Notes under the pieces: model-generated
The model's database searches: none
Seen by the model: the letters and a program-made list of their open reading frames with translations, nothing else
Told to the model about the DNA's origin: nothing
Program-made: the position numbers and the translations under genes
Assembly (NCBI RefSeq): GCF_009914755.1
Contig: NC_060929.1
Length of the DNA stretch: 64,000 nt
Source: the human T2T-CHM13v2.0 reference genome, Homo sapiens
Strand: one strand, 5' to 3'
Shown: positions 53,931 through 64,000 of the stretch, piece after piece
Position numbering within the stretch: position 1 is the first letter of the stretch
How the letters are laid out: each line of letters begins with the position of its first letter

Positions 53931-55149
53931 CTGTAATTTAAATTTAAATTAAATTTGGATAACATTTGATGTTAAGAAAATCAATGTAAGAAAAGACTTA
54001 AATGGTGATAGTACACTACCATAACTTTTTATTTTTTTCTGAAAAGGACAACTGAAAGAAAATCACTGGATTGAAGATTTACTTTTTAGCAAATTAGACT
54101 TTAAGGTAATGTAGAGAAAATATTACAAATGATTTAGTCGGCCCTTTTAAAAGGCAAGAAATTTTAAAGTAATATATCTAGGAAAAGCAGTGCAAAATAA
54201 TAAAACAAGAAGGATCTGATATAACATGTAAACATTTTAAAAAATACTTAGAATCTCTTGAATTTAAAACAAAAATATCTAGACAGTATTAAGCTACATC
54301 ACATTACGTAGTATGTATCATTTGAATGGATGTTTTCATCAATTTTGTGGACTTTAATGAAACAATAAAGTTGCTTTTTTACATTTATGGCACCAGCCAT
54401 CCATGGTTTTATACTCACTATCCTGGCCAATGCCACTTGCATGCTTATGAGTGAGACAAAACTAAATTTTGCACCTTCATTTTACCTAATCTGAAGCCCT
54501 TGGAAAGAAAGTCACTTCTGGAACTACTAAACAAGGTTAGATTAAAAGTTTGTATTACAAGTTTTGTTCTCATAATTATAATACATGCACAAATCAGGTA
54601 ATAAACAAAAAAAGACAAGTATTTGTTATGTGAGTACAGCACACCTGACATGGAGAAGAATCAGATTTGAATAATAAATGCAAGTATGGATTTCTGCCAA
54701 ACTCACTGTGAGGTAAATTTAATTTCACTCTAGAGGTCTTAATGACACTAAAAATGTGTCATTAAGATCTGTGTTACCTTGGTCTATTCATTTTGAAGTT
54801 TCAATTTTTCTCAATTGTGTAACCCAAGGGGATATTTTAAAATTCCTCTAACAAGGTTTCTAACATTAAATATCTGTGTTGCTCCATATACAATAAATAA
54901 TATAGAGAATGTAGAAAAAACTTATCGTTGCAATAAAATAGTTGAAAATGAAAAGTAGTAAACCTCTATTGATAGCTTATATTCAAATTTTAGGCTTTAG
55001 TTAAAATATGAAGGAATATTCAGATGACCTATATTCTCCATATCAGCAAAGTTATCTTACTCAAATAAAATGAGCTATTTTGTAAATTATCTTACCATCC
55101 CTAGATTTTGTGACATTAATTTTCCAGTGTATAACAGAGTGTAAGACTG

Positions 55150-56020
55150 TTGTAGCTAGAACTTTGATTATCCCTACCAGATAGTAAGAAACCTCTCTCC
55201 TCAGGTCAGGGGGACAGCATGGAAAACTTATACCGCATCTGGTGGTAATGAAGCAATGCTTCTTGCTTTGTAGTGTCAGAGGAAGCTGAATGGAATACCA
55301 AGACTTTGACCATGCTCTGTAGTAGCAGTAAACAGGCATCTTCCTATCTCTAACCAATTTGGTATCCGTGGAGAATTAGTAAGGAGGCTGAACTCATCTG
55401 TACCCAGTGATATAAAGGAGCGTCTCCCTCATCCATGTCAATGAAGGCTGAGGGGGGGACTCAAACCTTCACCTGAGAGTAAAGAGACAGCATCTCTTTT
55501 CACCAAATAAGATACAGTTTGTTATAACATAATGTAAAACAATTCAGTTTTGTTACAAATTACTTACTATAGCTGGAGGCTAGAAAATATGAAATTGAAT
55601 GAGAGAAGATGGTCAATAGATGACCACACTGAGATGCCCCAGATGTTAGAATCATCTAACAAGAATTTTAAAATAGCCATCATGAAAATGTTTTAATGAG
55701 CAATTCTGAACATCTTTGAGGTAAATGAAATGCTATGAAGAATCAGAAAAATGTGGACTCAGCACAAAGGAATATATAAACAAGAATCAAATAAAAAAAT
55801 TCAGAACTAAAATATCCAATAACCTGAAGAAAAATCATAACAGACTCAACAGCAGAATTGAAAGGATTGAGTAAAGAATGAGTTAGCTTGAAAATAGAAA
55901 ATAGAAACGACCTAATCTCAACAACACAGAGAAATGAATTGAAAAAGAAAATGAGCAGCGACACAGAGACATGTGGGAATATAACAATGGTTCTAAATTT
56001 TGTGATAATTAAATCCTGGG
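55150..56020 (+). mobile_element. Old L1M 5' UTR/ORF1 fragment
   Basis: cagatgttagaatcatctaacaagaattttaaaatagc...gactcaacagcagaattg...agagacatgtggga resembles L1M ORF1. Confidence 0.65.
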
Positions 56021-56842
56021 TGTGTATTTGTTATCAGGCTACAAGATGCAGCACAGATGTAAAATAGTGCTTATGCATCAAGAGCAGAATGACCTAAAAT
56101 TTTGTTATGGATCTTTTACCTTTTAGTGTTATGCTTGAGAAATGGCTAATATCATTTTTTTAGCTTATTAAAACGTGGTTGTCCATGTCTGTTTCGGTTC
56201 TATCAGTTTGAAAAAATTCAAGACCACTTACTAAATATAAGAAGAAAATACAAAATGTAACTAGAGATAGAAATTTCTAGAGTAGATTACTTTAAGTGGA
56301 AATTGTTTTATACAAGCATTTGGTATTACTTGAGTAATGATTCTCAATGTTCTAAATATATATGGATGGTTATAAGGATATCCATCGATGAGAACCAATT
56401 CTGCCGTACTTTTATCAAACACAGGCACAGAATGTCCAAGAATGGAGTAAATACTGGCCTTAGGAAATGTCAGCTATCATGATTTGGTCTCAGCTCAGCA
56501 GTTACAGGTAGGTAACAGTCTTCTTGATTTTTTTTTTTACTCTGTAGTAAGAGTGGCAAAGATTACCCTGGCATATAAATTATATGTTCTTTTTGTTGTA
56601 AAATTCCTAGATATTACGCAATATTTTCAGTTGATGTAGTTCATTTTTTTTCCATGGGCTTTTGAACAAGCTTGCTAATTTTGTAATTAAAGTAATAAAA
56701 TATCTAAATCATTGAAACTGCATGAAGAACACGACAGACAATGAAAGGGTGTTATCCAGACAGGAGTGCTGAAAACACACGAACAAAGATGCACCTTAGC
56801 TGTCTCAAATTCAACACAAATTTGAAAATACGTTATCTTTCA

Positions 56843-57209
<367 letters not shown>

Positions 57210-59645
57210 TTAATTCATTTTATACCTTTTCTATTTACTCAAATGAAATTTTAAGAAAATATCTATAACTGTTATGTATTTGCTACAAACATTTGAACCA
57301 AATGTAAAATTGCTGTAGCAATATTTTTATCACTTAACTTCCTTCCTAAGATACTGCTATGAAAATATTTATACTGTTCTGCTTTAATCAAATGTTTTGT
57401 GGACCTTTTAAACATTAGCATTTCAAATTACCGGATGTATGAAAATGTAAGTGGATATCTTGGGTCTTGGTATGGAGGCCACAGAGTTACAAATTTTAAA
57501 TTTATGAATACATTCATAATTGAAACTTTATGTATTAGATTTTAAAGAGCATTAACATATTTTCTAATTTTACCTAGGTCTCTAAAAATTTAATAATTTT
57601 TTTGTGGTTAAACATTTTTTTAAAAGATTATCTTAGTATAATTTAAATTAGTCTTAAAATGATGCTAGTGATTCTCTATTTTAATTAAAATTATTGATCA
57701 AGTATATTTATAATGCAATAATGTTAACTCTACAGAGAAAATAATACTTATTTTTTAACTTGCATATAACAGTGATAGTAAAAATTCTATAAAATATTTC
57801 CAGTTTATGATGTTTCTAAAATCTAGTTAACTTGAACATTTTTTGGAGGAAATCATTTAATTGAACTAATTATATTTATAATGCTATGAGCTGTTCTGTT
57901 TAAATTATTTGTTAGGTGTAAATTCTTTGGAAACTGAAGAAAAAACAAACCTATAAAATAAAATGTAATAAAGGCATTGTTTTTCAAGGCAGACAATTCT
58001 TAGAAACCTATCAAATGTTTCAGCTGGGTGCTTAATAAATTATGACAATTAACATTTTTTCAATGAATTTCCTTTTTTTGGATTTGCATATAATGTTATT
58101 TTCTGGGAAAGAACAAAATGAAAAATTAACTGACATATAAAAGAAAAATGTGGTCTGGGAACTTTTCCAAAAAGTTAAATTTTTCACTTATTCAATTTAT
58201 AAATGTTTTCAAAAACTGAATCAATACTTTACTTTTTAAAATATTTAAATTTTATGAGTAAAATAATTTGTAAGACAAAAGGAAATGAAATTATGCTATT
58301 TTTAAAGGAATCAGTTTACAATGGATTCATAAAATCCCTTTCACTTAGAAGACCTTCATGTTTCTCTAACTTCATGAGTGATCTCAACACTGACTTTGGA
58401 AATCACCTTCATTAAGTTTTCATTGATCCATAAAGATTTAATTTCTCCATATGTTGCAAATTCACTGCTAACTGAAGTGTAATCAGTAGTTTACATTTTT
58501 CTGGTTACCATATTTCTTTGGGAGTGTTTCATTAATGTTTTAAAATAATTGAAAACTGTTTTTAAATTCATAATGTTTCCCTTCATTCTTTATTTTATGG
58601 TCAGCAACCCCTACTGTGACACACTATATTATGATTACGAACCTGGGAGGACACTTAAATTCAATAGCTTTGTAAAGCTTTATTTGCTCAAGTCAGATGA
58701 ATTCCACTTTAATTTTTCTCTAACAACTATAATGACAGAAAATATTTTGTATGAGAATAATATCTCCTTGACATGCCTTTTTGCAATATTTAATGAGAAA
58801 ATTAACATTATACTACTCGTAGAACAAATATTACTGTCATTGTATTTGTAATTTCCAATGGAGCACATGACTCTAGGTTCATATAAATAAAGAGCACCAT
58901 ATTGTAAAAATATTTTGGCAGTGATTACAGTACCCTTTTTAACCCCAAGGACAGTCACCCCAACAGATTTTTGCATATAATTTGAAGTGATAATAATGTA
59001 TTTAATTTATACATCTCCTTTTATGGTTGTTTTACGTAACACTTTTTCTTTTTCTTATTGCAAAATACGTATTTCAGAATGTGTAACCTGAAGAACACAG
59101 ACAACTAAAGAAAGCAATATAAACATTTACCTACAAAGTTATCTCTTAAGAATGAATTCTGTTAAAAATGTGGTTTATATCTTTCCAGGAAAAAAAAATA
59201 TTTCCTAAGCTTACCCAACCCAATATGCAAAATTCAAGAGTGTGTTACGGACCTTTCTTCAGCCAACATCCACAACACTCTTGTCAGGATTAAACACGGG
59301 ACTCCAGATAAACAGCTATGTCGGAGATCTTATTTTGAAAAGTACACAATACCTACAGTTGCAGATAAACACAGCAGTTATTCAGGATTCAACATATCTT
59401 GGAAAGTTTTAGCAATCTAGTAAAATTTGCTGTGAAATAGTAGCCTCTCCAACAAAGAGACATTATTATTGCATTTTGCATCTATTGTCGCCAAGGAGAA
59501 CACACAACCCCTGGTAACTCTCTTTAGATTTTGGAGGCATTAACACTTTGAAATACAGCCCCAACACACTTAGCATGACCACCAGGCTTGAGTAGAACCT
59601 AGAGTAAGAACAGGTTCTGAAGCAAGTACAGGCTATTGTATATGT

Positions 59646-59862
59646 CAAGCTTGTCCATCCCATGGCCCATGGACCACAAGCAGTCCAGGATGGTTTTGAC
59701 TGAGACCCAACACAAATTCATAAACTTTGTCACATCATTATGAGTTTTTTGCGATAATTTTAGCTCATCAGCTATCATTCGTGTTAGTGTATTTTATGTG
59801 TGGCTCAAGACAACTCTTCTTTCAATGTGGCCCAAGAAAGCCAAAAGACCGGACACCCGTGG
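59646..59862. mobile_element. MER30 hAT-Charlie transposon
   Basis: caagcttgtcc...cccaacacaaattcataaacttt...tagctcatcagctatc...ggacacccgtg. Confidence 0.88.
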
Positions 59863-59989
59863 GAATAATACTATCTGTTTTACTATGTAAGTAAGCCAAC
59901 TCTATAGTTTTAAGATAATTCTGGTGGGAAAAAAGTTTCATGAATTCAAGTGCTTTATATGTTAATCCTCATTAAAAGAAAAAAAGTAA

Positions 59990-62660
59990 AACTTAAGAGG
60001 TTTCTTTGAGGCCATGTTTCGGCAAAGAGAATTATAAACTATTCTCAAAATAATTTTGGTGTGTCCCTGGACCCAATTATAATGGAACATTAGGTAATGC
60101 AGTGACATTGTGCATCTGTCAGACCGACTGCATGAAATAAGGCAGAATCATCAGAAGTCAGTTGCAATAAAGTATTAATATACCATAGATTAGACGTAAA
60201 CCATGTACCATAGATTAGCCAGGGAATCAATAAAGTTGCACAGGCAAGTGGCTCAGTGTGTGAAATTTACCATATTTGACCACTGCCTCTTCCTCAGCAC
60301 ACATCTATGACTTGAAGACAGCTTCCTTATGACAAGCTGGTGGAAACTGAAAATCACATTTGGTTCATGTTCATGGGTGGGTCAACAGAAAAAGTTACTG
60401 CAAGATGAAAATATGTGACTGCAGTACAGCTATACTCAGGCATAGTCCTGAAAGGGCAGAGGACAAATTCTCCCAATAAGCAAGGTTTCAAGTAGTGTAT
60501 CTATCGCTACACTTTATATTAAAAGAGATGAGACATAGAGTTAGAATATATAAGTCAGATGGGCAATTGCAAATGGCTTGGCTGTTTGGTCAGGACTGAT
60601 AAAAGAGTGAAAAATTATTGCAAAGAATGTTTGGGAGACAGGGATATGAAGCGATCTGCAAAAGTGAGCATGAATTGTGGATTTATTTGTATCATATCTA
60701 AACATGCTTTAAAGAATGTTTACTATAGAAGAATCACAAAACAAGAAGTAGAACAGAATAACATGGTGAGTTAATGTCAGCTAATCCCTGTTATTGACTG
60801 CCTGAATATTTGAACCACAAGCTCATGGATGCTTTATGTATGGTGGCAAAAAAAAAAAATAGCTTATGGAGAGGCTCACTAGCTGAAGCTCCCAACTCAC
60901 CAACACTGGGTTAGCTACAGAGAATCCAAATATCCAATCTGTCAGAAGTGAGACAAATCTGAGTCCAAAATCACTTGATGAGACCAACTGGTCACTTGGT
61001 GAAAAGTTTATTATATTAAATATCTTTCACTACGGAAGGACCATGATTTGTTTTTACTGTAAGTGGCACAGTTTTTGTGTAAGAGTTTAAATTTCCTGTC
61101 AAAAGAGCCTCAGGCAGCTTCAGTATCTGGAAACTTATCTAGTGTTTGATACACAGACACAAGATTTCACAACATAACTTTAGATCAAATAACTTATTTT
61201 AGAGCAAAGCAGTTTGCCAGCATGGATATACCGTGACATTTGTTGTTCACATCATATATCACATCATCTAGAAGCTGCCAGTTAGAGAATGATGGAGTCA
61301 TTTTTGAAGGGATAGTATGAGGCAATAGCTTGGGGACGATGCCCTCAGAAAATGGGGATCCATGTTTTAGGATACGGTGTAAATTAGTTTATGAGAGTTT
61401 GTGCGCAATAGTAGAATATGACATATCAGAAACCAAGGATGAATGTAGGAATAGTTGCACTTCCCATAACTCTAAATAACCCATTTGGGAATGTGGGCTT
61501 TCTTCCTCCACAAATCAATATTCTGTGTATCTAAAGGTGCTGGTTCCCAAAATAGAAATGCTTACTTCATGGGCCACAGGGAAGGTTCCCTTAAACTAAC
61601 TCATGATTACTACCCTATTACTTTGTGTGTCTTGTACCAAAAGACCAGCTGGAAAGGAAAGAATTATCATCTGTTCTGGTTATCTATTGGTGTGTAATTC
61701 ATTATCCTGCAACTTCATGGCATAAAACAAACATGAATTATGCTCATAGCTGCTGCAGGTCAGAAATTTGGACAGACCATATTTGGGGTGGCTTATTGCT
61801 CCTCCATGATGGTAGAATTCTCAGAAGAAAAACAGACTAGAGTCATTTGAAAGATTGTTCATTTTCACATTTGATGGTTGATGCTGCCTAAAAACTGGGA
61901 TCCTTAGATCTTCTCGTGGATCTTGCCATGTGGCATCTTTGTGTGGAATAGTTAGAGCTTCCTCACAACATTGTGACAGATTTTCAAAGAGCCACCAGCA
62001 TCCCACAAAGCAGAAAACTGAACAGTGGAAGTCACACATTATCGTTTTTATCATATATTCTTGGGTGAAGCTGTCATAAGCCTACAAGGTTTGAGAGGAG
62101 AAGTAGATTCTACTTTTTAAATGGAAATTGGCAAATTTCAGAAGAGAATGCAGGAATAGATACACAGTTTTGGTCATTTATTGGAAAGGAAAACTTTGGC
62201 ATCATCCTGGGGTTTGGGGTCATGTAATTGAAGATCATCATCAGGAACTGCTAGAGCTGCTATTGTCCAATAGGAGCAGCAATGAATCCTTTTTTTTTTT
62301 TCCAGGTGACCCACTGATGTTTTGCTTCAGAATCCTCCAAGTATACCTGAGAGTATATGGACAAATACAAAAGCAAGACCTGGGAAGTTATGTAATCAGG
62401 GACTTAGAGATCTCACAGAGGAAAATGTAGCCCTATCAGATAATCCATAGAGATTAGCAGAGGCGCTACACAAGGATGATAGGGATCTAGAATGTTTGGT
62501 AGAAAAGGAATATGATGAATATCAGTTGCGAACTTGAAATGGTTTGTCCCAGTCCCTTATTCATGTCTTCTGAAAAAGACAGAAGACTCTAAGGAAGTTT
62601 TCTAACTTAGCTATTCATGTGGTACAAAGTAGGTGGTTCTAAGTAGTGCAAGATATGAAA
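59990..62660 (+). mobile_element. ERVL internal remnant (HERV16/ERV3-16A3-like pol region), interrupted by MLT1
   Basis: gggcaattgcaaatggcttggctgtttggtcagg (AIANGLAVWSG, ERVL RNase H-like); gaccaactggtcacttggtgaaaag (integrase-like); followed by an LTR16-like LTR. Confidence 0.7.
61672..62200 (-). mobile_element. MLT1 (G-J-like) solo LTR
   Basis: ggttatctattggtgtgtaa...gcaggtcagaaatttggacag...gcttcctcacaacat...gtagattctactttt. Confidence 0.72.
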
Positions 62661-62670
62661 TGCACTAGAT

Positions 62671-62894
62671 TAGACTTCTCCAATCCATGGCCTGGAGGCT
62701 GCATGTAACCCAGGATGGCTTTGCATGGTGCCCAACACAAATTTGTAAACTTTCTTAAAACATTGGGAATTTTGTTTGCAATTTTTTTTTTTAGCTCATC
62801 AGCTATCGTTAGTGTTAGTGTATTTTATTTATGGCCCAAACAGTTCTTTTTCTTCCAGTGTGGCCCAGGGAAGCCAAAAGATCCGACACCTCTG
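62671..62894. mobile_element. MER30 hAT-Charlie transposon
   Basis: Same landmarks and orientation as the 59646 copy; exact 8-bp TSD cactagat at 62663-62670 and 62895-62902. Confidence 0.92.
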
Positions 62895-62902
62895 CACTAG
62901 AT

Positions 62903-63295
62903 TTTAGTGGAATCTGTAGTGCTCTGTTCAGACCTCTTAAAAGACTATAACACTCATTCCTCCAGCTTCTGGAAATAAAGACTCTTAGCAGAGACTCTCT
63001 CTGGTAATTGCTTTCAAGTAAAGAGAGCCCTTCATTCAAGAGCTCAGGTCAACACTACAGACAGACCAGGTGCCATGATTGGATAATGTTTGAGGTACAA
63101 AACCCTTCCTAGCTTCCATCAAATTGGGAAGACACAGGCTGAGATCTACTGAATGGTGATGGCATTACTATTCAACTTTTCTCTACAATCAGCCCAGATT
63201 CTATGATATTTCCAAGATTGGGCAGTGCACTGCAGTATGTTCCTTGCATGTAAACCTCATAGTCTGTTTTTTCCAAGGAAGATTAACTCTAATCT
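62903..63295 (+). mobile_element. LTR16-like ERVL LTR (probable 3' LTR of the upstream remnant)
   Basis: gtagtgctctgttcagacc...cactcattcctccagc...ttcaacttttctctac...cttgcatgtaaacctca...gtctgttttttcca. Confidence 0.62.
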
Positions 63296-64000
63296 ATAAC
63301 TTTGATCTATAACACCATACTCAAAAAATATTAGTTTATGTCAAATAACACAGCTCTATAAGAATAGTATTACAATATTCAATAAGAGCTAAAAAAGAAA
63401 ATCTTTGTCAAAATTACATTAATAGAATGATCCCAGTAAAATAATATAAAATAAAATATAAATGAATTCGTTGAGGGGGCTGTGAGTGCATGTGTGTGGG
63501 GGGGCGGTGTGTGTAGGCAAGCTCATGAAATATTTAAGCAGATTATATGTCAAAGTTTTTGTAGATTGTATGCCAATTATCTAGAAAGAAAGCAAGCCTA
63601 GAAAATTGTTTTAAAAAGAAACTTCCACTTACTAACAGTACTTAGCCTTTTAGATTTGTTTGATGTTAAAAATTATGACCATGTGCTTTTAGTTTTTAAT
63701 GAAAGAAAGCAGAAAGAACCAAAAGTGTATACTTTTGAAGAAGTTATCTCTTCTTTTTCAGTAAAATGCTTTCATTTTTAAAATTGCATGGTCCATATGC
63801 AATTGTGCTTAATAAGATCTACTGAGACTATGAAGTAGAAAGCAAGATTATCCTTTTCTTCATAGAGAACACAGAGTTAATTAAGTCTTCTCTAGAGTGT
63901 CATTTAAAAATACTAATGCAAAGGTAGTAATTTAAATAAAGAAGTGGTTATTATAAAAATAATGTGTTATACATAAGCATTTAGGTTTTAATAATTATTA

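Overview
AT-rich, repeat-dense primate (most likely human) non-coding DNA, either intergenic or deep intronic. I find no protein-coding gene, structural RNA gene, CpG island or CRISPR array. The ORF track is explained by Alu, L1 and MaLR remnants or by chance ORFs. The window holds 13 Alus and several L1s: one near-full-length old L1PA with both ends but no RT domain, one twin-primed L1PA5-like copy, and a 165-bp young twin-primed micro-L1. It also holds an ERV1 pol/env remnant, MER50, MER31, LTR41 and LTR16-like LTRs, a complete MLT1 provirus, a chimeric MaLR block, and MER30/MER3/MER5 transposons with MIR and L2 fossils. Subfamily names come from consensus sequences recalled from memory and need RepeatMasker/Dfam confirmation. 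I do not see a new biological system. The most unusual signals are repair and retrotransposition scars: a 36-bp L1 fragment pasted into an AluSp, a locally templated insertion in an L1 3' UTR, and four independent L1 breakpoints within about 60 nt of the same L1 palindrome.
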